Positions 1 through 12,724 of a DNA stretch of 64,000 bases are shown piece after piece. This DNA comes from Vicugna vicugna (Eukaryota). The stretch spans positions 2,743,061 to 2,807,060 of the forward strand of contig MU058423.1 of NCBI GenBank assembly GCA_013265495.1. Direction: 5' to 3'. How positions within the stretch are numbered: position 1 is the first letter of the stretch; each line of letters opens with the position of its first letter. The notes beneath the pieces are model-generated. The model was not told the DNA's origin and did no database searches. It worked only from the letters and a program-made list of their open reading frames with translations. Made by a program: the position numbers and the translations under genes.

Positions 1-239
1 CCTCTACCTCCACATCTTTTCTCCCTTCTGAATGTAGTGATCTTCCAAACTCTTGACCATTTTCCTCATTCTCTGAAGATCTGCAAGCACCTGGCTCACA
101 GCCTTCCTGTCTCCTCAACTTCTGTTACTCTCCTGGGCAATTATAAAATCCATATGGCCTCTCAGTTTTCTGTTCTCATTATCTCCAATTCAACGAAATT
201 CTTCTCAACTCCACGTCATCCATAATCCTCTTCTCTTTT

Positions 240-1030
240 CATGCTGCGACCTCTCCCTAGGCTGTCTTATCAGCTCTTATGATTTATACAGTCTGTGTGC
301 CCATGATTCCCAGTTATTATTCTAGCTCAGACCTCTCTTCTGAAATTCATACCTCCATATTCAACTGCCTTTTTGGCATATCCCTTTACTATGTCACATA
401 TTGAGGCATCTCAAACTTAACTTCTTAAAACCTAGCTATTGCTCCTTTGACTCTCATCTGGCAAATCATCTGCATTTCAGCAAATGATATCACTGCATTC
501 AGTTGTGCAATCTACCTTCCTCGCCCCCTCATTTATTCTATCACAAAGTCCTATCCATTTTACCTCCAAGATATAGCTTGAATCTATTTACTTCTCACCA
601 TCCCCACTGCTGCCAACCCAGGCCAAGCCATCATCCCTTTTGCCCGGATAATTGCAATAGTGTCCCTCAGGTCTCTCTCTATTCATTCTTGTATTCTTTC
701 AATCCATTCTTTACATAGCAAGCATCGCTGAGTTTTTTTTTTTTTAATGAAAATTTTATCTTGTCATTTTCCTCCTTAAAACCTTTTAGAGGCTTCTGAT
801 TTCTCATAGGATGATGTTCAAGATCTTTTGCATGTTTGACAAGGACCTTGCATGATCTGTTCCCAGTCTTTCTAGCTTGCCTCTTGCCACCCTCCCTTTT
901 ATTCACTGGGCCAGTCACACAGGCCAGAGCTTCTTTTTCCTGAAGATGACCCTTATGCCTCAGAGTGTTTATACACACAGTCCCTCCTACTTTGAATACT
1001 CTCCATGCCCTACTCCCATTTCCAACTACC
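240..1030 (+). mobile_element. Ancient L2 LINE fragment
   Basis: Pyrimidine-rich L2-like text (CAGACCTCTCTTCTGAA...ATATTCAACTGCCT...CATCTCAAACTTAAC); boundaries approximate. Confidence 0.65.
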
Positions 1031-1039
1031 ACTTACTGT

Positions 1040-3310
1040 GTGACAGAGCTGTGGCCTGAATCAGACACAACTCTTTTTCCTTAAGAGCTCACAGTTTAAT
1101 AAGGGGCCAATATGTAAGCTAAAAAAAAAAAATCCACCACAGTATAATAAATGCAATAGAAGTATGGCCAAAGGAAGAAATATTTATCTATCATCTCTGA
1201 GAGTCAGGAAAGGGCATTTAAGTAGAAGACACAGTGTATTTCAAGTTTAGAGGCAAGGACATGTAAGCAGTTTGGTGCTGCTGGAGAGTAAAAGCAAGGA
1301 GGTGGCAGATGTCTTGGATGCTGTGTTAAGGGGCTTGAATCTATCCAATATGCAAAGAGGGTGTTCCCTACAAAGGGTTTTATGTAGGAGAGACATGAAT
1401 ACATATTAACAATAATGCTATCAAATTGGTAGTGATGGAGAGAAAGGCCCCGACAGAAGGTGTGGGCAGAAAGTCAAGTGGGAGAATACTGTAATATTCC
1501 CAGTAAGTGATGATGGCAGCTCAATTAAGGCAAAGGTAGTGATAATGGGGAGAAGATGGACTGAAGATTTTTTAAGAGGTAGAATTGACAGGATTTGGTG
1601 ACTGAACAAAACAGATTAATTCCTTGCCCTCATGAAGCTTGCATTCTAATGTGGAAGGCAGATAATACATCCCATAAACAAATGCATACATGATATAATC
1701 CCTGTAATGCTACGAAATCCCTGTAAAGCTATGAAAGAAAACAGAGCAAATGAAGGAGAGAGTTATTTTAGGTGAAGTGGTTCCTGGGAGGGGGTGACAT
1801 TTGAATAGAGAGGAAATAAGCCGTGAATATCAGAGAAAGATTATTTCAGGCAGAGTGAACAGCAAGTGCAAATGTCCAAAGATGGCAACATGCTTGTCAT
1901 ATATTTGAGGAATAACAATGAGACTAGTATGACTGAAGCACGAAAAAAGGAAGGGGAGAATGGAAAAGGATAAGGTCAGAATATAGCAAGAGGCTGGATC
2001 ACAAGGGCATTGCAGATCATAGGAAAAAAACTTGGGTTTTATTTTAAGTGTGATGTGAATTGTTGAAGGGTTTTTGAACAGGGGAGTGGCATATCCTAAC
2101 TTATACTGTAAAACAATTACTCCCAAGACTATAGTAGGGGAAGTGTGGAAGCTGGGTAGCCAGTTAGGAGGAAGAGGTCTAGGTGAGACATTTTGGCAGT
2201 TTGGAGTAGTAGTGACCAAGTTGGAGAGAACCGATCAGACTAGGGATATATTTTGAACGCAGAGCTGATGCAATGTGCTGGTGGACTGAATAAGAGAAGT
2301 AGAGAAAGAGAGGAGTCAACAATGACCCCAACATTTCTGGCCCGTGCAACAGGCTGAATCATAGAGGCATTTACAGAGATGGAGAAGATGGAAGGAATTA
2401 GGTTTGATTAACAGGAGCTCAAAAGTTTGGTTTTAGACATGTTTAGCTTGGAATACTGTTAGACATCCAAGTAGAGTAACTATTGGAGATATGAGTGTGG
2501 AATTCAGGAGAGAGGTTAAGGCTACAGATACACAGTTTTTGAATCATTAACATATAAAGATGACATTTAAAATAGTAAAATTGACTGTGATTTTCTAAGA
2601 TGAGTGTGAGCAAAAACTGAGTAAAGTCCAAGGATGGGACACTAGAATACTCTAATATTTAAAGGGAGAAGAGAGAGAAGACCTAACAAAGAGACTGAAG
2701 AGGAGTGTCCAGTGAGGTGAGAATAAAATCAGTAGAGGGTAGAAGCCAGGTAAAGATAATTTTTCAAGAAAGAAGAAATGATCAACTGCTTAAATGCTGC
2801 TGTCAGTCAAGTAAGTTGAGAACTGGATTTGACAACATGAAGGTTATTGGTGACCTTGACAAGAAAGTCTCAGAAGAGTAATGAGGATAAAAGACTCATA
2901 AAAGGTTTTCAGTAGCATCAAAGATTAAGATACAGTAGAAAGAAAGTGAGAAGATTCACTACATAAAAGAGGGCAGAAAAGTAGTGTAATAGCTGAAGAG
3001 ACATGCCATCAGGGGAGGGATTTTTCAAGAAGGGAGGGAAGACTGGTGATGCAAGGGAGAGAGAGGAGAATAAGTGTGGAAACAAAGTCCTTGAGTAGGC
3101 GAATTCTCTGGATATTTGAATATTTAGGCCTGGAGCTCAAGAGAGAGGTGGAGGCTGGAGATACGGATTTAGAAATGATTAAAATATATATGAAAGGGAC
3201 AAATGTAGGAGTGGTTGAAATTGTTTGTGGCAAATGAAAAACAGAAGCCAAGGAAAAACACTGAGGTATTAAGAATGTAAGAGAGTAACGGGAGAAGATC
3301 CAGGAAGACA
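1040..3310 (-). mobile_element. Cluster of ancient L2 fragments, minus strand
   Basis: Purine-rich L2 antisense motifs (CCTTGCCCTCATGAAGCTT, TTAGACATCCAAGTAGAG, ATTGGTGACCTTGACAAGA); boundaries approximate. Confidence 0.65.
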
Positions 3311-3674
3311 GAAAGCATGTCCTCTATTTTCCAATTATTTTTATGCCCATAGCACATGGCATAGTTTCACTTCTCATGCCTGTAAAGCTTTTCCTTCCCT
3401 GGATTCACACCCATCTCTCATAGTACTTTATAAAAATCTTTATTAGCACTTATTTCACTGCATCTACATTATATGTCTGCCTTTCCACCAACCTGAAAAC
3501 TTCCTCTGCCAAAAACTTTATTCATCTTATCTACAACTCAACATAATACATAGTAGGTGCTAAATGAATGAGGCATGGAGCGGCGGGAAGTTAATCTACA
3601 AATAGGGCATGTGATAAATAAGCATCAGAAAGTATGAACATGCCTTTCATGCCTTTCTAAAAGAAATACATGTT

Positions 3675-4140
3675 GGAAAGAGTTCACCAGTGAAGCTATC
3701 TAGAGTTTTCTTTGTAGAAAGGCTTTAGATTATGAGTTTACTTTCTTTAAAATATAAAATATAGAATTTTTTATTTGTTATTTTTAGGTTTTGGTAAGTT
3801 TTGTTTTTCAATAAAAGTTTCCACTTCACCTGAATTGTCGAATTTATTGGTATAAAGCTGTATTCTCTTTTGTTTTTAATGTCTATAGGAACTGTGGTGA
3901 TGCCCCCTTTTTCATTACTGGTATTGGTAATGTGTTTTCTTAAAGTTTTCCTTTATTAGTCTTTAGAGTTGTTGTTGTTGTTGTTGTTGTTGTTGTCTTT
4001 TTGAAGATTAATGTTTTGGCTTTGTTGATTATCTCTCGGCTTTTTGCTTTCTATTTCATCGATTTCTGATTTTATCTTTATTTCCTTTTTTCAAATCTCT
4101 TCGCATGAATTTTCTTTCTCTAAATTTCCCTCTAAGCTCT
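3675..4140 (-). mobile_element. Old L1M ORF2 fragment with embedded (GTT)n at 3968-3996
   Basis: TTCACCAGTGAAGCTATCT...TTTCTTTGTAGAAAGG and T-rich antisense L1 text. Confidence 0.7.
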
Positions 4141-4151
4141 GAATCTTAAGA

Positions 4152-4341
4152 CTAGTTCTCTAGCCAAAGTGGCCCGTCAGAGGAGTCTCAAGTCTCAAAG
4201 GAATGAGCCTGTATTATTACTCTACCATGCTCAAGCACTAGATAGGAATAGGTTGTGGGAAGCGTGGCCTCAGCTGTGAACACATTGGTAGATCCAGAAC
4301 AGCATCTAGGATCATCAATTAACTACACTCTGCACAGCAGG
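4152..4341 (-). mobile_element. 3' LTR remnant (LTR16-like)
   Basis: Direct-repeat similarity to 12630-12724; resembles the LTR16 consensus as recalled. Confidence 0.7.
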
Positions 4342-5638
4342 GAATCCAGTGTCCCATTTTAAGAAACACCACATTCCACTCATTTGTCTCAAGGATAATT
4401 TCTTCATGCTGGTTTGGGGAAAAGCTCTTCCATGGTTCCCATGGGCATCTCTTCCTGAAGAGAAACTCAGAAGAGGAAGGTTAGTGGAATGAACTGCAGC
4501 AATTGGTCTGGGGCCACAACTGATACTCATTCTCTCCCTTTTCCACTATTTACTCTAAATTCCCCTCACTCTCAGTTATCAACTTAGCAGGTCTTAGTGG
4601 CTTATGTGGTGGTGTGATCCAAATCTTCATTCCTGAGGGGTCTGAGTTCCTAGTCCTACTCTTCTCAGGCCAGGGTTGCTGCACGTGCTCACAATTACAG
4701 TGGGGCAAGGGAGTATCAGGAGGTGCCCAAGAGGATCACATGGATTCTGTAAAAAGCAGTGCTACGTTCTCCTACCGACTGGGGTCAATTTTGCTTGTCA
4801 TGATGTGACTCCTCTTTTGCCTTCTAGTCCCTGGAACAGTGAGTCCAAAGTGCCCTAGGTGTAGTCATACCTTATAGTTCTATGGGACCCTTGCTGTGTC
4901 CCTTAACAGGAGTGCAACCTCTTCGGGAACCAGTACCCCTAGCACTATAGATCCCAGATTTGTGGGTATAGGAAGCACAAAATCCTCTAGTGGGTCATTG
5001 GTAGTGAAGGTAAGTGGAGCTATTCCTGTGTCTACTCTTTGGTTAGTGACCAATGTATTTTTCCTATTGGGTTCATAAAGGCCTCTGATTTAACCTGTAT
5101 AACATATCCTGAAGGATAGCACCCAATTTTTTCAGAGTTGCCTCTGAATGGCATTTCACCTGAGCCTTTAGAAAGTCATTCTAGCTCTTCATGAGGTCAG
5201 CCTTCTCTGGTTGGTATGGTATAGGTCTACCTCCTGCACTTCTTTTACCATGAAGCAGTTGCCCTGGTTGGATGCTGTTATGCAGAATTCTATGCCTGTG
5301 GATCAGACATTCCGTAAGTCCCAATAAAGTAATGTTGGCTGAGGATCTGTTGGTGGAAAGGAAAACCCATACGCAGAATAATTACCTATTACTGTGAGAA
5401 GGAACTACTGGCCCCTACAGGATGGAAGAGACTCAGTGTAGTTGATTTGCCACCAAGTATCCAACTGGTCTCCTTGAGTAATAGTTCCTTACTGGGGGCT
5501 CAGCATTGGCCCCTATTGCTAACATGTTGGATATTTAGACCTCAGTAGCTTGATCAGCCTTAAAAAGTTGGAGTCCATGTTTTTGGGGCCCACACATCGC
5601 CTCCATCTTTGGTACTGTGGCCACTCCATTTATGTGCC

Positions 5639-6252
5639 TGTATTAGTTTCTTAAAGATGCCTTAACAAAGTATCACAAATTTGGTGATTTAAACAACAGA
5701 AATTTATTGTCTCACAGTTCTGGAAGCTAGAAATCTGAGATCAAGGTGTCAGCAGGCTTGGTCCCTTCTGAGGGCTGTGAGGGAAAGTCTGTTCCATACT
5801 TCTCCCGAGCTTCTGGTGGCTTGCTGGCAATCTTTGGCATTCCTTGGCTTCTACTGCATCACCCTAATCTTTGTTTTTATCTTCACACGGCATTCCCTTG
5901 TGTTTCTCTATCTTCACATGACCTTCTGCTTATAAGGATACCAGTCACATTGAATTAGGGGTTCAGCCTACCCCAGTATGATGTCATTTTAACTAATTAC
6001 ATCTGCAACAACCCTATTTCCAAGTAAGGTCGCATTTCTTTTGGGGGGGTCGATAATTAGGTTTGTTTGTTTGTTTGTTTATTTAATATTTATTTTTAAC
6101 AGAGGTACTGGAGATTGAACCCAGGACTTTCTGTATGCTAAGCACACACTCTACCACTGAGCTACACCCTCCCCATCAAGGTCACATTTTGAGGTTTTGG
6201 AGATTAGAACATCAACATATGAACTTTGGGGAATACACTGTAACCCATAACA
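5639..6252 (-). mobile_element. MaLR solo LTR (MLT1-type) containing a SINE
   Basis: TGTATTAG...CCCATAACA termini; perfect 5-bp TSD GTGCC (5634-5638, 6253-6257); AACAACAGAAATTTATT..CTCACAGTTCTGGA core. Confidence 0.9.
6038..6174 (-). mobile_element. tRNA-derived SINE (camelid vic-1-like)
   Basis: Reverse complement GGGGAGGGTGTAGCTCAGTGGTAGAG...GGGTTCAATCTCCAGTACCTC with (AAAC)n tail; TSD AAGGTC(G/A)CATTT at 6026-6037 and 6178-6189. Confidence 0.88.
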
Positions 6253-7065
6253 GTGCCCATCAAGCTGGTTCCAAGGTAGCCACTGATTAAGGCTGGTAAT
6301 GGCAACTGGATGAGCCATTTTATCTACTTCATTGTTTAGTACCTCTTCCCTGGTGGGTGCAAAATGTCAAGACTAAAATCTTCACACTTCACGCCCACTC
6401 CTGTATATTCAGCCACACAACTCTATCCTAGATCTTGTCTTTGATCTTCCAGTCCTCTACCAGAGGACCGAGCCATTGACACCTGCCCAAGAATCTATAT
6501 ATATATTCTTACGTCAGTTTGCTTCTCCTCATACACAAAGCAGATGACCAGGGACAATGCTTGTAATTCTACCCATTTAGGAAGATTTTCCCTCTGTTAT
6601 TTTTCAAAGCCTCTCAAGAATGTGACTATAATGCAACCACTATCTAATGTTGGTTTATATCTACATACTAAGCTGACTCATTCACAAACCAAACTCAGGC
6701 TTTACCCCTCCTCCTTCAGATGGTCATGGTATTGGTGCAGCTGTGGTGGGTGACATGGGGTCTGGACTACCTGGTCATGTAGCTTATAAGTACCTCAGTT
6801 GTACTTGAGCTCCATCCCAGATGTACCATTCCACCTTACAATAGATGCTGCTGGGTCCATCTGAAGAACCAAGGCCATAATAGGCAGTTCTGGACACATG
6901 GTTACTTGTAGTCCCATGGTTAAGCGTTCAGTTTCTACCAAGGTCCAGTATCACACTAGTGGCTGGTTCTTAAAATGTGTACAATTTTCTGCTGCTGATG
7001 ACATGGCCCTGCTCAGGTCCCAGGGACTGCACTGTGATTTTTGCACTGGGGCTTACTGTAGGTTC

Positions 7066-7443
7066 TGTCTTAGTCAGCTTGGGGTGCTACAATGAAATAC
7101 CATAGACTAGGTGGCTTAAACAACAGAAACTTATGTTTGCACAGTTTTAGAGGCTGGAAGTCTGAGATCAGGGTGCCAGCATGTTCAGGTTCTGGTGAGA
7201 TCCCTCTTCCTGATCTGCAGATAGCCACCTTCTCACTCTGTCCTCTCAGGGGGTGGGAAAAGAGAGAGAGAGAGAGACAGAGAGAGGCAGAGATGGAGAG
7301 AGAGACGGGGAGAGACAGAGAGACAGGGTAGGGGGGAATAAATAAGAGGGATAATATTTTTTGGTATTTCTTCTTCACCATCCCATTGGGAGTTAGGGCT
7401 TCAACATATGATTGGGGAGGGACGACAAATTCTTCCCATAACA
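7066..7443 (-). mobile_element. MaLR LTR (MLT1A-like) with internal (GA)n tract
   Basis: TGTCTTAGTC...CCCATAACA termini; similar to 5639-6252 and 12081-12451. Confidence 0.88.
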
Positions 7444-8554
7444 GTTCACCTCTGGCCCCCTATAATTCATGTCATTCGTGCATGCAAAATACATTCATTC
7501 CATCCCCACACCCACAAAAGTATTAACTCATTCCAGCATCAACTTAACGTCTCATCTAAATATTATCTAAATCAGGTAATAGTGAAACTCAAGGTATGAT
7601 TCATCCTGAGACAAAATTTCTCTCCAGCTGTGAATCTGTAAGCAAGTTATGTGCTTCCAAAATAAAATGGTGAGACAGGCACAGGATAGATATTTCCATT
7701 CTAAAAAAGAGAAACAGGAAAGAAGGAAGGGGTAATGGGTACTAACCAAGTTCAAAATTTAGCAAGAAAATCCCCTTAGTTCTAAGGTTTGAGAATAATT
7801 CTCTTGTTCAGTGCTCTGCTGTCCTGGTGCTGCAGGGTAGCAGTATTGCCCCCAAGGCTTTGCTGGGTGGTCCCACTCCCAAGGCTTCAGGCAAAGGCCA
7901 TCTGCCTGTCAAAACTGAGGCAGTGGCCCTGATGATCACCTATAATTTTGTCCTGTCAAATTCAATAAATCCAACAGTCTTCATTTTGTCCCATCTCCAT
8001 CTCCTTCAGTTCAAACTGGTAGTGTTTCTATTAACAAAATCCTGTGAACTCCTTATCAAGTGATAATCCAGTCACACCACTTGCGTTCTCATTAGCACAT
8101 GCTTTCTCATTTTTTGCAATATGAATAGGCTAAGAATCTTCTAGATCATTAAGTTCTGGTTCCTCTTTGCTTAACAAGTCTTTAATTCATCTCTCTCCTT
8201 CCACATTTCACTATAAGTAATCAGGTGGAACCAAGCCCCTTCTTCAATACTTTGCTTAGAAATTTCCTCAGCTAAATATCTAATTTTATTACTCAAATTC
8301 TACCTTCTACAAAACACTAGGACACAGTTCAGCCAAGTTGTTTGCCATTTTATAACAGAGATCACCTTTCCTCCAGTTTCCTATAACATGTTCCTCATTT
8401 CCATCTGATATCTCACCAGAATTGCCCTTAACATCCATAATTTTAGCATATAACTTAAAATTATTCCAACCTCTACCCCATTACCCAGTTCCAAAGCTGC
8501 TTCCACACTTTCAGTTGTCTGTTACAGCTGCACTCCACTGCTAGTACCAAAATC
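7444..8554 (-). mobile_element. MaLR internal region (MLT1-int-like)
   Basis: Directly abuts the LTR; ends with TTACCCAGTTCCAAAGCTGCTTCCACA...TAGTACCAAAATC typical of the MaLR internal/PBS end. Confidence 0.8.
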
Positions 8555-9058
8555 TGAATTAGGGAAGGTTCTCCAGGGAAACAGAACCAATAGGTGTTAG
8601 ACATAGATGTAGGTTTATTATAAGGACTTGGCTCACGTGATTACAGAAGCTAGAAGTCCTAAGATCTGCTGTCAACAATCTGGAAACCTAGGAGAGCCGA
8701 TGTTTAGTTCCAACCTGAGTTCAAAGGCCTGAGAATCAGGAGAGTCGACAGTGTAAGTTCCAGTCTGAAAGTTGGCAGACTCAAGATCCAAGAAGAGCTG
8801 ATGTTTCAGAACGCGTCTGAGGGCTGGAAAAGACCAACGTCTTAGCTATGCAGTCAGGCAGGACTTTCTGATCTCTAGGTCTTCAACTGATTGGATGAGG
8901 CTTACCCACATTAAGGAGGGCAATCTGCTTTACTTATTCTACCAATCCAATGTTAATCATATACAGGGACATTGCCACCAACATACCCAGGATAATGTTT
9001 GACAAAATATCTGGGTACCCCATGGTCCAATCAAGGTGACATGAAATTAACCATCACA
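8555..9058 (-). mobile_element. MLT2-type (ERV-L) LTR
   Basis: GGTTCTCCAGGGAAACAGAACCAATAGG start and CTGATTGGATGAGG...AAATTAACCATCACA end, characteristic of MLT2C/D. Confidence 0.88.
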
Positions 9059-12029
9059 AGCTCCAAACTGCTTCTCTTCCCACTCTAACACCTCTAAAAC
9101 AAAAGAGTCTACCAGAATGTAAGGCCAAAGTGGCAGAGATGCTTGTACAGCAGCCTGGATCTTCTGAAGAGCCTTTCCCCTGTTCTGGGCCCCAAAGCTG
9201 GAAATCTTCAGTGTCACCTAATATATGGGCTACAGCAGTATTCTTAGTGTGGAATGTATTGCTCCAGAACACAGAGAGACCAGGCCCTGTGCATTCTTCT
9301 TTGTGGTAAGGGATGTAAGATGCAAAAATCTTTTACTTGGAAGGATATACTGGTATACCTCTGGCCAGTGGACCCTCAATAACTTCACTGAAGTGGCAAG
9401 TCCTTCAATCTTTGCAGCATTTCCCTACTCTCTGAAGCATAGCTCTTACCATTGTCTCCAGCATACTAGCCATCTTGCTTGCGCTGTCTGCCCAGCATAA
9501 TATCATTTATGTGATATTCTATGAGATGTCCAGGAGGTCCAGATCTCTTTGTACTATATGATGACAGAGGGCAGTTTACCTATCCTTAGGGCAAAACTAT
9601 AAATGAATACTGTTATCTGTCCCACATATATGTGAACCATTTCAGATGCTCTTTTCTAACCAGAATGGAAAATAACTCACTCAACAAATCACTGGCCATG
9701 GGCCATGTCCTGATGCCTTATTTATCTGCTTTAGCAACAATACTATGCACGGTACAGCAGGTGCAATTAGGGCTGTTACTTGCTGAAGTCTAGAGTAGTT
9801 TAGAGTCATTCTCCAAGATCTATCTAGTTTCTGCAGGGGTCAGACTGGCTCATTAAACAGACATATGATAGGGACCATCTTTCCTCCACTCATGTTCTTT
9901 AGGTCTTTAATGCTGGCACTAATTTCCATCATGCCCTTGGTATGTGATATTGGTTTTTAAAATTCATTATATTGGCCAGGGTTGGAAGGTCATTTTCAGG
10001 TGTTCCCACTTGGCCTTCCCCACTATGATAGCTCTTTACACAGGTCAAGGATTTAGTGTGGCTATTACTCCAACTGCCAAATATAACAATTCTATTTATA
10101 AACACAGGAACTGAAGAACAGACCACAGGGTGGGCCCACAGACACAATGGACCCACTGTAAGCTGGACTTTAGCTAGGACCCCATTTATTACAAAGCCCC
10201 CATAAGGCCCCTCTCTAAGGGGCCATGACAATGCTTTGGATCTTAGAAAACTGATGTCAACTTAGATCCCAAGTTCAATAGTCCTCATTTTTCTGGTTAT
10301 CCCTCTTCCCTAGTGTGTCACTCATCGAAATGGCCATGGGTCTGTTTGGGGAAGGACTGGGGAATCATTACAGGTATTACTTGCTGCAGTGCTGCAGGAT
10401 CTGCCACCTCTTAGGTCAGTGGGTTTCAGATCTGAAAAGTGGCTCAGATCCAGACACTGAACAAGGGATAATGATTTGGGGTGGGGTATGAGGATTACCA
10501 TCCTCAGTCTCCTGCTCCTCCATTTTGGCCTTTTTCACTTGTAGATGTTAACTTTGCCCCTAGAGATGCTAAGCCCTATATCTACCTCCACAACTCTATA
10601 TGGGTCAAGCTCCCTTAAGCTGCCACTCTTGTCAGATGTTGCTGGTCTTTATAATTGTGGCCTCCTGGCTTTTGGTGACTAAGGGCCACCACCTGGCCTC
10701 TATTACTTGGGGGAAGGGGAATACCATTCCCATGATTATTAGTGAGCCTCAGTTCTGTGACTGCTTCTACTGTCAGTCCAGGCTACAGAGAACTTCTTGG
10801 TGATGCTGTTGCCTCTCACCAGAGAATTTCCGATGGCCTCAGTGAATGGTGTGTTTTCTGGGCCTTCCTGTAGAACATAATCTTCTGATGGGTCTTTTGA
10901 CCTCACATATCATTCCTGCATGCCCATTTCTCCATCTTCTTATTTGCTCTTCTATCATCTGCCAGGGCACCTGAGACATTTCTACTTTACTCAGAATTGG
11001 CCATCACTTTCTCTAGGTTTCTAAAAGCCCCGCAGCAGTGTTTGTTTCAAACCCAAGAGTTCTTACCATGGTGTTAAATCCTATGCCTCAAGACAGTGCC
11101 CCCAATTCAATGAATTCTTGATTATCTAGTCCTACATTCAAGCCCCTTTGATCAAGCAATTTCAAAATTCAATTGCAGGATATTCCCTTGGTTTCTGTCA
11201 GTATATGCTAGCGAATTCTTACAGCTCCTTTGATCTAATCTCTTCCTTTATCAGGCCCAAGCATATTCTCATCTAGGTTTTGCTAGGATTTAACTCTAGT
11301 TACTGGCCTGGTAGCCAGGAAAGGAGGTAGCGGCAACTTCTATGTTGCCTTGGGGGGCAGTTGCTCTGCAGCGTCTGTCAGCATGCAGGAAATACTAGTT
11401 CTTAGTATGAAGAGGTGAACCACCTCTGCAAACTCTGAAAGTTCACTGGGGTTTGCAGAGCTAACATCCTTGCAGGTGTCCAACCAGATGTCCCATCCCT
11501 TGTTTCAAAGTTTCAGGTTTTCTCAAAGAGGACTCTGACCTGCTTTGGTTGCATATTTAAATGTCTCTGGAGCTCTGTGCCTCCAACTATCATGTCTTCA
11601 GTCTGTGGCTTAACTGTGTCAGCTCTTCCACTGTAGGAGATAAAAGCCTCTTTGTAAGCTACTAAAGAGGCCCTCTGTCTCTCACACTTAGCCATTAACC
11701 AGGGGAGAAACCTTGCTTTCTCTTTATTCCTCTTCAGAGTCATTACAACTCAGCGGTAACCAGTCAACTCCACTGTCCTTGTAGGCATGTTCTCCCCTCC
11801 ATATATTTCACATGCCTGAAATAGTACCTGCAAGGGCTTTCTCCTCCACTGGGATGTTTTCTCCCAGTCACTACTGATGGTATCTTTAGCAACTGGTCAT
11901 CAGCTTGGGCTAGGAACTACCCATGTCCCTGTACTGCTCAGGATAGCACTGTTTTCTGCCTGTGAGGTATTGAGTGTGCCAGTCTTGAAATCTCAACTTA
12001 TGTTTTCTTGGACCTATCCTGGGACCACT

Positions 12030-12724
12030 TATGCTAGTTTGGGCCCCTGAGAAGCAGCTGCCAAGGTGGGATTTGACATGTGTATTAGCTAGGGCTGCCA
12101 TAACAAAATACCACAGACTGGGTAGCTTAAACAATAGAAATTTTTCTCTCACAGTTCTGGAAGCTAGAGTTCCAAGATCAAGCTGTCAGCAGGTTTGGTT
12201 TCTTCCGAGGCCCCTGTCCTTGGCTGGAAGATGGCCACTTTCTCCCAGTGCCTTCACATAGCCCATCCTCTGTGCACACACCCCTGGTGTCTCCTTGTGT
12301 GTCCAAATTTCTTCTTCTTTTAAGCACGTCAGGCTGGATTAGGGTTCACACTAACAGCTTCATTTTAACTTAATCACCTCTTTAAAGGTGATTGTGTGTT
12401 TAAGGGCTTCAACGCATGAGTGTTGGGGAGGAAACTATTCAGCCCATAACAACATGCAAGAGATTTACTAGGGCAAAAATCTGTGAAAGATAAAAGGGAA
12501 GGAAGCAAGGGAAGGTGGGAGAGTCTGCAAACTGTGACACAGGCCTGACACCTACGAAGGAGAGGGAAAAGCAAGGATTGAGGCAGCATTTCAGACTACA
12601 ACACAGTTTGAAGAAAGTTCAAGCTAGGCTGATGGCTAGTCCTCCAGCCAAAGCTGCCCATTAGAGGAGTCCCAAACACTGCAGCAATGAAGCTGCATTA
12701 GTACTCCTGCCATGTGCAGTCATT
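12030..12724 (-). mobile_element. 5' LTR remnant (LTR16-like), split by an MLT1 solo LTR
   Basis: Abuts the PBS-like motif; sequence resumes in register after the ACATG target-site duplication. Confidence 0.75.
12081..12451 (-). mobile_element. MaLR solo LTR (MLT1A-like)
   Basis: TGTATTAG...CCCATAACA; perfect 5-bp TSD ACATG (12076-12080, 12452-12456). Confidence 0.9.

Larger units (their letters stand above)
4152..12724 (-). mobile_element. Decayed ERV-L-class (ERV3-16/LTR16-like) provirus with both LTR remnants and gag-pol-dUTPase relics, interrupted by younger elements
   Basis: Shared LTR segment at 4161-4192 and 12645-12677 (AGCCAAAG..GCCC.T.AGAGGAGTC); PBS-like TGGTCCCAGGATAGG (minus, 12013-12027); protease-region relic GPYGGFVINGVLAKVQLTVGPL..HPVV (ORF 9929..10231); degenerate RT catalytic motif HINDIML about 9490-9512; dUTPase-like APLTFTTNDPLEDFVLPIP...GHFGL about 4840-5025. 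Confidence 0.85.

Noticed and set aside
9929..10231. ERV protease-like ORF as a possible domesticated gene
   Set aside because: Short, no ATG start, catalytic region not intact, and flanking pol is full of stops and frameshifts.
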